From the NCBI GenBank assembly GCA_000002445.1, contig CM000208.1, positions 3,712,001-3,776,000 on the forward strand: a DNA stretch of 64,000 nt, given 5' to 3'. A program made the translations under genes and the position numbers. Origin of the DNA: Trypanosoma brucei. Lineage: Eukaryota. Numbering within the stretch: the stretch's first letter is position 1; every line of letters starts with the position of its first letter. Below the pieces are notes generated by a model, which saw only the letters and a program-made list of their open reading frames with translations, was not told where the DNA came from and searched no databases. Below, piece after piece: positions 44,211-53,054 of this stretch.

Positions 44211-44280
44211 GTGTTTCCTCGCTTATTTGTGCCATTCCGCAACACGCTACTCTCCTCTCTTCTCTCTTCTCTCTTTCCTT
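44211..44280 (+). promoter_or_regulatory. polypyrimidine tract: candidate trans-splicing/polyadenylation signal in the FKBP-like to FYVE intergenic region
   Basis: gtgtttcctcgcttatttgtgccattccgcaacacgctactctcctctcttctctcttctctctttcctt; CT-rich with (CTCTT)-like units. Confidence 0.4.
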
Positions 44281-44724
44281 ATGTGAATATGTAAAAACAT
44301 AAATTTTACCCGTAGTTGGCACTCCGTACCCCGTAAATATAGCATTTGACTGTGGTTAGGAAATCCAAATAACGTATAGCACATATACTTATATTGTTGT
44401 TCATATATTTATTTATTTATCTGTTTATTCACATCCCCGCCGCGAGTAATAGTTTTTCTGTGCCTGTGTTTTATAGAGGAAGGAAAAAACAAGTCAATCC
44501 ATCGACGAACGACAGCAAAAACTAAAACATTTAAAAGAAAAAAGAGCAAAGTGGAGGGGGAAAGTAGCAACAAAAGGAACAGTGTTAAAGAGAGGTATAT
44601 ATTTATTCACTATTTCACCTATACGTTGAAGGAAGAAGAAAGAGAGAAAATCGAACCAAAAACGAGGTGAACGAAAGGGTAGCCGACTCTCTACGAAAAA
44701 ATAAAAATAAAAAATAAAATAAAT

Positions 44725-44751
44725 CAACAGCAACAACAACAACAACAACAA
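44725..44751 (+). repeat. (CAA)9 trinucleotide repeat (one CAG variant)
   Basis: caacagcaacaacaacaacaacaacaa. Confidence 0.85.
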
Positions 44752-44864
44752 TAAACACACCAGTAGACAAAAGAAAAAAAAAAGATAAAACTAGATAGGC
44801 ACTGGAAAGGGGTGAGGTCATCAGGAGTGGGCAGTTCGCAGCCTTCCCGGACCTCCTCCGAGAA

Positions 44865-46979
44865 ATGGACCCCTCGAGAGCGTTGCAGGAGGGTTCTGAG
44901 GTCTCTGCACTGAACTCAACGGATAATTTTCAGTTTCCCGCGCAGGCCCTTACGGAATGTACGGAATGCAACGGGGATGTGGCGGCTTCAAGCTTTGCAA
45001 GGCTCTCGACGGATGGTGAAGGCGGTAGAGCAAGTGAAAAGGAAGGTGACTCACCGGATCAGATGGATAATGACAACAGTGAAGGGGGCGAATTTGATAT
45101 TTTTGAAGGCGTGGCCCCCGGCGTCTCGAAATGCTCCACTCCACAAACCGAGGGCACGTACGCGGACCGACAACCCCCTCAGCTCTCCAACGCATTGGAG
45201 CGGGAAACTTCGCAGGAAATAAACCGCATTGAAAATAAAGTAGATGCTGTACGCATTGACAGTAGCACAGTTAACACCTCAGACGACTTTATAAGTACCG
45301 TATTCGACGACGTTGACAGGTCCCCATCCCCATTCATTGTGTTGGACCATGTGGAGGACGGAGGCTGTCTTACGTATCAGGGGACCGTGGACTCGGCCAT
45401 GCTTCCGCTAAAAGAGGAGCGGGCGCGAATACTGCAGCGACTCGGGATGTTGCGTGCCACTGAGCAAAGCCGGAGGCAGCAGCTTTGTAGAAAGTATGAG
45501 GGAGAGGTAAACATGCGAATGGTGTCGCTAGCGGTAACCGCAGCTGAACAGATAGATGCGCCGTATGGAAATAGTACGTATCTGACCTCCTCAAGTGTAG
45601 TTTCCACTAACCTTGATACCCAACACAATGAAGCGGAAGAACGAGAACAAGAACAAGACCAAGACCAAGTTCTCCCCCAGGACAGTAGAAGGGGAGAAAC
45701 TACTGTAACTCGGGGAGTAATGGCGGGCTGTTCGACAACAGTATCAAAGGAAGTAACAGGTAGCGTCCGGGAGGGAGCCTCCCTCGTGTGCGATCAAGTT
45801 GATAATGTAGAGAGTGACGAGGATGAACCTCATTTCACCGAAAGACTAACAATGTTGGACTGCATGACACAGGAGTGCTACAAGGGACTAGTCCAAGAGG
45901 GTGAGTTTTTTTCTGGTGAAGCAGAAAGTATGGTTAGCGAAAACAGTGCGGATACCGACTCCAGTGGAGACGGGGTACACAGCCGCGCTGATAACATGAC
46001 GGTGTGTGACAGTGTCGATTGTAATAAGCTACACACGGCGCCGTCAGAAGGTTTTTACATACCAGTACCCATGGACAGAACAGGACAAGTGGAATACGTC
46101 TTCAATGGAGATGACGCGCAGAGACGGTTGAAGTTTCGTAGAGAGGAATATGAGTTGCAGAGGGCTTTGGGTCGAGTAGAGGGGAAGATAGACGCCCTAA
46201 CAGCGTGTCGCCTCAGCAAAGGCATTCACTACTGGCAGAGCGACGATTCAACTGACAGCTGCCCGCGCTGTGGCAAAGTTTTCTCATTCACTGTGCGGCG
46301 GCATCACTGCCGGCGTTGTGGGGTGTTGCTGTGTAACGACTGCTGTTCACAGGTTGGGCGAGATATGTATGTGCAGGTGCGCACTAGTGCAGTCACAAGT
46401 TCGGACGTGGGGCCTTCCCATGGTTCGTCTTCATCCCAGCGCACTACGGGAAATGCCACGGACGACGCATGGCTATTCGGTACATGTGAGCCTACTGGTT
46501 CTGGGGACACACGGGAAAAAAGACCTGGAAGCACTCCCAACTCACTTCAACCTAACCAAACCATTAGTGACACCTGGCAATACCAGGGGAGTAGCAGTAA
46601 CAACAACAGTCTGCCCAATTGTATATGCCTGCCAAACAACGGACGACGGGATTATCGTGGGCGGGGTGGCCTGAAGGTGCGGTATGTCCCGTGGGTCCGC
46701 ATTTGCAATGCCTGTTATCTTGTCTGCCTTCGCGCCCGACTTGGAGGGAATTATAAACCCATTCTTGAGGACAATCGCCGCCGCTTCCATGTCCTTAAAG
46801 AGGAGGAACAGTCCCTTTTGTGTATCAATAGTACATGGGAAATGCGATGGGCACAACTAAATGTACTGAAACATGTCGTCATTGAGCGAACAGTGCATAT
46901 GGCCCACGACCAGGTGCAGCAAGCGGTTGGGGTATTGTCCGATTGGCTTCAAGAGTGGCGGTTATGCCTCAAACCGTAA
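44865..46979 (+). CDS. FYVE zinc-finger protein
   Basis: ATG 44865. FYVE signature WQSDDSTDSCPRCGKVFSFTVRRHHCRRCGVLLCNDCCS at about nt 46233-46352 (WxxD, R(R/K)HHCR, RCG motifs). Acidic N-terminal half; second Cys-rich region CNACYLVC near the C-terminus. Confidence 0.8.
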   Translation: MDPSRALQEGSEVSALNSTDNFQFPAQALTECTECNGDVAASSFARLSTDGEGGRASEKEGDSPDQMDNDNSEGGEFDIFEGVAPGVSKCSTPQTEGTYADRQPPQLSNALERETSQEINRIENKVDAVRIDSSTVNTSDDFISTVFDDVDRSPSPFIVLDHVEDGGCLTYQGTVDSAMLPLKEERARILQRLGMLRATEQSRRQQLCRKYEGEVNMRMVSLAVTAAEQIDAPYGNSTYLTSSSVVSTNLDTQHNEAEEREQEQDQDQVLPQDSRRGETTVTRGVMAGCSTTVSKEVTGSVREGASLVCDQVDNVESDEDEPHFTERLTMLDCMTQECYKGLVQEGEFFSGEAESMVSENSADTDSSGDGVHSRADNMTVCDSVDCNKLHTAPSEGFYIPVPMDRTGQVEYVFNGDDAQRRLKFRREEYELQRALGRVEGKIDALTACRLSKGIHYWQSDDSTDSCPRCGKVFSFTVRRHHCRRCGVLLCNDCCSQVGRDMYVQVRTSAVTSSDVGPSHGSSSSQRTTGNATDDAWLFGTCEPTGSGDTREKRPGSTPNSLQPNQTISDTWQYQGSSSNNNSLPNCICLPNNGRRDYRGRGGLKVRYVPWVRICNACYLVCLRARLGGNYKPILEDNRRRFHVLKEEEQSLLCINSTWEMRWAQLNVLKHVVIERTVHMAHDQVQQAVGVLSDWLQEWRLCLKP

Positions 46980-47743
46980 CAAAAAAAAAAGAAAAAAAGA
47001 AGAAAAAGAGGGTCATTCCTTCGTGTCGTTTCTTTGGTTGTTTTATTCATTGATGGTTTCCCGCCCTCATTTCCTTCCCCCCCTTCCCCTTCTACTTTCT
47101 TTTTTACCCTTTTTTTCTTGTTTTTTTTAGTTTTATCGTTCCGGTCTCCTTTCTTTTTTTCTGTTGTTGTTTGACAGATGTTCCAATTATTATTATTATT
47201 ATTCTCGATTGCTATTATGTTTCTCCCATCCGAGTTTTCCTCCTCTATGTATTATCAAGTGAATAAAGGGAAGATGAAAAAAATAAGTGTGTATGCCTAC
47301 GTTTGTACCTCACTACTCGCACAAATTATATATAAACATGTTTGAGTATATTCGAATAAATAAAATAAATGTACACCTTCACGCTCCTTATGGACATCTG
47401 TCTTTAGCTTTTCATTCCACCGTTTTCACCTCGCTTGCTCAGTTCTATTCTGTTTTGTGTTGTGTTGTGTTGTTGTTGTTTTTTTTTTTCCTTTACGTAT
47501 TTTCATTGTTTTATTTGTTTTGTTTTCATCTTTTGTTCCTTTATCACCACTATTTTTGTCATTTTTCTGGCCCACACCTCACAGCCTAGAAGAAGGGGTA
47601 TGTGAAGTAAAAATGTAGCGGTTCCTTTTTGTGTTTTACTTCTGCTTTTTTTTTTGTTTCATGGGTGCGTTAGAGGAGAACGTAGTGTGCGAAAAGAAAA
47701 AAAAGAAAAAAGTGTGTGCATAAGAAGGAAAAGAGAAAAGGAA

Positions 47744-47744
<1 letters not shown>

Positions 47745-47778
<34 letters not shown>
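47745..47778 (+). repeat. (AT)17 microsatellite
   Basis: 34 nt perfect AT repeat in the gene desert. Confidence 0.9.
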
Positions 47779-47780
<2 letters not shown>

Positions 47781-48401
47781 AGTTTGAGTGGTTTGTTGAT
47801 TGGGGGGGGGTTGGGAAGGAAGGTGGGATGGAAGAAAAGAGAAGTTGAGAAGCTGAAAAGATGGTAAAACACCAAAATGGCGCTTCGGAGGCCCTCACTG
47901 TCGAGTGGTTGTTTTTTTTTTGTCTTTTGTTTGGGGGGGCGGGAGGGTTTTCCTCTCCCCTTTTCTTGTCTCTCTTGCATAAACGTGGAGACACGGATTT
48001 TTTTTTTAAAAAAAGAGAGAAAACGGAAAAGAAATGTGGGTGCACTCAATATAGAAAAGGAAGTGAGAGTACATATGAAGCCAACTTTTGTACGTATGCT
48101 TACGGAGACATAAGGAATGTATATAATTTCATTACCTTGCGTCGTCTTTGTTGCCATACGCTATCTTTACGTGTGTGTTTGTGTGTGTGTGGGGGGGGGG
48201 GAAATGTGAGGAGTTTTTCTTTATTTTCTTTCTATTTCTTTTTATTTTTCTTTCTTTGCTTCATAGGGTTTTTTTTTCTTGCGGTTCGAGCACAATCTGT
48301 GGTTTTACCTCTGTTGTTGCTCCCATCCCTTTGTACCCCCTTCTTGCATTTCTTCTGTTTTTTTTTGTGTGTGTGTTTGAGTGTGAATGTGTTTGTTAGT
48401 G

Positions 48402-48403
<2 letters not shown>

Positions 48404-48439
<36 letters not shown>

Positions 48440-48456
48440 TTATTATTATTATTATT
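48404..48456 (+). repeat. compound microsatellite (TA)16(ATT)7
   Basis: tatatatatatatatatatatatatatatata attattattattattattatt. Confidence 0.9.
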
Positions 48457-49258
48457 TTCTTCTCCCCTCCCCCCTTTTCCACTTTTGTCTATCCCTAATC
48501 TTTATTATTACTATTATTGTTGTTGTTGTTACTGTTATTGTTAATGTTACAGGTGTGGCTTTTCCCCACTGCTCTTTTGTTTTGTCTTCAGTTGGGGCAG
48601 ATGGTCGATTTTCAGTCATTAGTTTTGCTTCTATCGTTTCTTCTTCAATGATCAAGAAGATCTTTTTTTCTTAACAAAAAGAAAAGGAAAAAAAGAAAAG
48701 AAAACAAGAAACTACAGATCTTGTCCACTCGAATTGTGTGACAAGGGCCAATCTGTATTTTTTTTTTTTCATGTGAGTGACTCACTCGTTTGACCGTTTT
48801 CTTGTGTTGTTCAATTTTGTCGTTTTGTTCAGGGGTTATCAAATTATCTCCATCGTGCATTCACTTGAATCACACGGATAGCTTCTGAAACAATATAAAG
48901 CCGAAACGAAATTTTCTCTTCCCTCCATTTTGCTTTTTCCTCGCAGCCAATCACGCAATTTATTTACTTTTTTGCACTGCGCTTTCTTTCTTTCTTTTTT
49001 TCTTACTTTTTGCTCCCTCCCTTTTTTCTTCTCCTCTTGTAGTGGTCGCGCTTCATTGTTGTTGTTTTTTTTTTTGTGTGTGTGTGTGTTTTTTCTCATT
49101 TTCGCTTTCAGTAAGTTCATTTTCCTCCCCCCCCTTCCCTCCTTCAGTAACACACCACTACACACTCACCCATTCATGATTACCATTCTTAATTATTGTG
49201 GTTGCCATCATTGCTGTTGTTGGTGAGTTTTATTCCTTTTCATGTGCGTGGAGGAGCC

Positions 49259-49280
49259 GTGTGTGTGTGTGTGTGTGTGT
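49259..49280 (+). repeat. (GT)11 microsatellite
   Basis: gtgtgtgtgtgtgtgtgtgtgt. Confidence 0.9.
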
Positions 49281-49887
49281 AGCAGTTTCAAATGAGTCAC
49301 AAAATAAAATACTTTTTTTTAAAAAAAAGTAAAGGTACCAAATGAAAGTGCCGTTTATGAGGGGGAGGGGAAACAAGAAGGAAGAAGAGGTGTGTGTGTG
49401 TGGGGGGGGAGAAAGTTTGTTATTATTTAATTCTACCATTTCTTTTTGGTGCTTTTCCTTATGTTCCCTGTTTTGTTTTATCACTGACCCATCTTGCGTT
49501 TCATCAACAACACACTTTACGTGTACGAACAAACCCCCACCATACACCCCAAAAAACAAAAGGGGAACCAATCCAGATGTATACATGTTGAAGGAAGAAC
49601 ACCATACACTCATACACATATATAAAATATATAAATGAATATAAGTATATTATTTTTTTTTAATTTTTCTTTGAAATATGTTTTGTCTACCCAAGTACTC
49701 GTTACAAAAATGTAGACTCCCTTTCACTGTTCTCCTCAACATTTTTTTTCGACAGTTGTTATCAATATTCGGCTTCATTTGTATCTTCTCTTTCTGTGCA
49801 CTTGTACATACGCATCTCCGTTTACATCTTACTTTCCTTCTCCTTTCCTTCGCTTCAGGAAAAAGGCTGTGGAACAAGTGAAGTAAA

Positions 49888-49905
49888 GAGGAGGAGGAGG
49901 AGGAG
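49888..49905 (+). repeat. (GAG)6 trinucleotide repeat
   Basis: gaggaggaggaggaggag, upstream of LST8. Confidence 0.85.
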
Positions 49906-49924
49906 AAAACCTTCAACGGAATAC

Positions 49925-49978
49925 GAACTTTATTCTGTTTTGTTTTTCATTTATTCCGTTTCCTTTTTTTTTTCTTTA
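49925..49978 (+). promoter_or_regulatory. polypyrimidine tract about 60 nt upstream of the LST8 ATG: candidate SL acceptor region
   Basis: ctttattctgttttgtttttcatttattccgtttccttttttttttcttt, followed by AG dinucleotides (aaaAGtaacAG) before ATG 50037. Confidence 0.45.
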
Positions 49979-50036
49979 AACGAAAAGTAACAGGAGGGAG
50001 GGAAGGAGGGGAAACGCATCGTGAGTACCAAACCAA

Positions 50037-52151
50037 ATGAGCTCTACATTTATTATATCCGCTTCTTATGACAAAGAAATACGCTTTTGGGACGGATCAA
50101 CGGGCCGAACAGTCCGCAGTTTTCCCTTTCAGGGATCACAGGTCAATGCGATGTTGACGATTCCAAACACCACACACCTCGCCGTTGGAGGATTTGGTGC
50201 CGTTCGCGTGTATGATATTGGAGTTGAAGCTGGATCAGCTGGGGGCAATAGTGGAACACAACCACCCCCGGTTTTCTCCGTTTATGAAAATCAATACGCA
50301 ATGAACGTAACGAGCCTGGGGACGTTCCCACTCTACCCGCAGCGTGACGAGGAAATGCACTTAAACTCTGCGGAAGCTTCCATGAGTAGCTTGTTTTGCA
50401 CTTCTGCAGACCTTGCTGCAACCGCCACATTAGACCCCACACCGACCACGGGCTCTGCTGGAGTGTTGACTGTTCTTTTCGCCACTTCGGAGGACGGGCA
50501 CATTCGGTTTTTTAACGCAAACTCACCCACAACACTAAACCTTCTGCTCGATATTAGCGCGGGTGCGGCCATCACGTGCAGTGCCGTCTCCCCGGATCGT
50601 CACACCTTGTTCACCGGTTCCCAGATCGGTCGCGTCTCGGTGTGGCACATACCAAGTATCATTGCGGCAGCTGCGCAACACGGAGACAGCACTAGCAGAG
50701 GTGGTCTCTTTGCTAGTAAGCCAATGCAAGAGATTGCCTTCAATGGGGATTACACAGCCATTAGAAGTATAGCCGTGGAACCGCTGGCGCGTTGGGCTGT
50801 GGCAGCAACAAGTGCTGGGAAGCTTCATTTTATGTGTTTTGGAAGGTGCGCGCAGAACCTTACCGGCACACATGCCTCCGAGGCACACGCAGCTGGAAGG
50901 TTGGCGAATGAAGAGGTGCCTGGAGAAGAGGAAGAAACAAGCCCGCAAGTGCAGCGACCGGTAGCGGAGGGGACGGTCGCCGACAGCGCTCCCGCAATCG
51001 CCACGAATGACTCTAGTTCACGTTCCATTAATTCCGCAAACACCCTGCGCCCTAGTTGCGGGCCCTTGTCTGTGCTTAAAACACATGGAAACGAAGGAAG
51101 TGGGGGTGACGTGGCTGCTAACGCTAGTGAGTCACCCCTTGCTAACGATGGTGTGACATTTTCTGATGCAGTCGACGCCTCAGACACGGGAAATTCAACC
51201 CCGGGAATGGACGTGACCAAGAAGTTCAGCGCACCGGGCCTCTTGACCTCATCATCGGTCAATTCCTCATCCATTCAGCAACAATTTTTTTTGAAGGTTT
51301 TTCACTCGTTTCAGGCGCACCACAAATATATCCTTAAGGTGGCCATCTCACCCAATATAGATATCTTGGTGACATGTTGTGGGGACTACACCGTTGGGAG
51401 ATTCGTAATCCCTCCAATACTTCAGTGCTGTGACGTGACGACCAAGCACGCTTCTGGGTGTGAAAGTGACTCCCACAGCGCAGGAGTATCCTCGCTGACA
51501 AGTGCGGTGAGATTGTCTGGCCTCACCGAGAAAAACACGGCGGCAGGTTCTGATCCCACAAACCAGGTGGCTGCAGCGGGGGATAACAATGGGGCCGGAG
51601 CTGGTGGTGCAACCGCAGCAAGTTCGTCCTCACTTCTTCAACCTAAGGCAGATGAGGGTGCCGTCCTCACTCCTACAGCGGCACCGTCAACGTCGTTTAC
51701 ACATGATGGATCAACTGGAAGCGTAGAAGATGGTGTAAAGCCGGTGGCTGCGGTAGCTAATGACCCTACCGTGAATGAATCTCAACCCTTGGCAACGATG
51801 GAAACGGTGAAAAAAATGACAAGTCCTGCTGACGCCCCAACAGAGAGGCATGATGCGTTCCACTTGGCCACGTCAAACTTTCCACAGCTGGTTGCAGAGG
51901 GAAGTACACAAGTTAACATTGGCGATGGGGTTGAGTTCAAGGAACTAAAACCCCTGACAGGACACACGCGGTGGGTCTGGGACTGTGCCTTCAGTGATTG
52001 CGGGAGGTTTCTCTTCACAGCTAGCAGCGACCAAACGTTACGTATGTGGACCTCTCTCCTCAGTGACAGACCACATTCCACCAGCTTCGTTGGTCATATG
52101 AAACCAGTGGTGTGCTGCATGCTCTATGTGGAAAGGAAGAAAAACCAATAG
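50037..52151 (+). CDS. LST8: LST8-like WD40 protein (TOR complex subunit homolog) with large inter-blade insertions
   Basis: ATG 50037. N-terminus ISASYDKEIRFWDGSTGRTVRSF..GSQVNAMLTIPNTTHLAVGGFGAVRVYDI parallels LST8 (SAGYDHTIRFWEALTG..DSQVNRLEI..LAAAGHQNVRLYDI). HHKYILKVAISPNIDILVTCCGDYT matches the WD6 blade. C-terminus LTGHTRWVWDCAFSDCGRFLFTASSDQTLRMW matches LST8 (HQRWVWDCAFS..YLVTASSD..RLW). Total 704 aa against about 320 aa typical. Confidence 0.75.
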   Translation: MSSTFIISASYDKEIRFWDGSTGRTVRSFPFQGSQVNAMLTIPNTTHLAVGGFGAVRVYDIGVEAGSAGGNSGTQPPPVFSVYENQYAMNVTSLGTFPLYPQRDEEMHLNSAEASMSSLFCTSADLAATATLDPTPTTGSAGVLTVLFATSEDGHIRFFNANSPTTLNLLLDISAGAAITCSAVSPDRHTLFTGSQIGRVSVWHIPSIIAAAAQHGDSTSRGGLFASKPMQEIAFNGDYTAIRSIAVEPLARWAVAATSAGKLHFMCFGRCAQNLTGTHASEAHAAGRLANEEVPGEEEETSPQVQRPVAEGTVADSAPAIATNDSSSRSINSANTLRPSCGPLSVLKTHGNEGSGGDVAANASESPLANDGVTFSDAVDASDTGNSTPGMDVTKKFSAPGLLTSSSVNSSSIQQQFFLKVFHSFQAHHKYILKVAISPNIDILVTCCGDYTVGRFVIPPILQCCDVTTKHASGCESDSHSAGVSSLTSAVRLSGLTEKNTAAGSDPTNQVAAAGDNNGAGAGGATAASSSSLLQPKADEGAVLTPTAAPSTSFTHDGSTGSVEDGVKPVAAVANDPTVNESQPLATMETVKKMTSPADAPTERHDAFHLATSNFPQLVAEGSTQVNIGDGVEFKELKPLTGHTRWVWDCAFSDCGRFLFTASSDQTLRMWTSLLSDRPHSTSFVGHMKPVVCCMLYVERKKNQ

Positions 52152-53054
52152 GCAGGGGGTTGTGTCCTCCACTGTGTCTTATAACACTTGGGGCAATGTG
52201 GATCGACTGTGGTTTGTAGCGGTGTTGAGCTTTAACTAAGTCGTGGACGCGCCGCGTGCTGGCGGAAGCAGCGGGGGTACAGGCAAATGTTGTGGGTGGT
52301 TGTGGGGAGAGGCGGGGAGGAGAGGTGATGCAACACATTAGGAGGGAAAGAAAGAGGGAAAGAGACAATGGCAAGTGAATGTATGCGAAGGGATTAGCGA
52401 GTTTTGGTAAATAAGCTCGATTTGCACTGGGGGACTTCGATGTTTCACGCTTATGCCCGCTGACTAGTGGTAGAGTGCTCGACTGAAAGCTATCCTAGCT
52501 GTTTTTGTTTTTTTATTTACCCGTATCGCTGTAAGGTGTTGCCGACATTGCTAAAAGCAATGCATGGGGTGGTCAGTATAACGGCTGTCAACACCCTTGT
52601 AGCCTCCGCCTCCCCTCTTTTACCATTCCTTGCTTACTATATTTGACCTGTTGTCAAGACGCTACAGCCTATATCGTCGCGCAGTGGTCTCTGTTTCGTT
52701 GTTTTTTTTTTTGGTTGAGTCGATTCGTTTCCCATCCGGGGGACGCTGAGTAAAACTTTTTTTTTGCTTATTTGCGTAGGCGACCGTGAAATGGATGTAT
52801 CTCCGGCCCTGTTTGCAACAAATGAGCATGTGGAACCGTGCACGCATGAGTACACTTGTACGTATTTGCGGTTTCACTTCTTATGAATCTTTTGCACTTC
52901 CCTACTTGCTTGCTTAATTTTTCTACCGCATTTGTTTGCTGGCATTCTTCCGGCCCGGTCGCAACCAACGGTGGGCCATAATAATTTTCGCCCAAGCAAT
53001 AACAGCCGGGTGAGATCCGCAGATATATACACGCACACAAAACGACCTTAGTAG

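Noticed and set aside
47636-48436. ORFs of 173 aa (minus strand) and 191 aa (+ strand) inside the gene desert
   Set aside because: Their translations are dominated by poly-F/L/K/Y stretches that come from T-, A-, (AT)n and (TG)n runs. They have no coding periodicity or domain content and are artefacts of simple sequence.
46980-50036. Possible retrotransposon (ingi/RIME/SLACS-type) or snoRNA/tRNA cluster in the long spacer
   Set aside because: I found no RT, endonuclease or gag-like ORF, no terminal repeats, no tRNA T-loop/A-box/B-box consensus (GGTTCGANTCC), and no obvious tandem snoRNA units by eye. An ncRNA cannot be excluded without a covariance-model search, so it is kept only as a low-level possibility in the findings.
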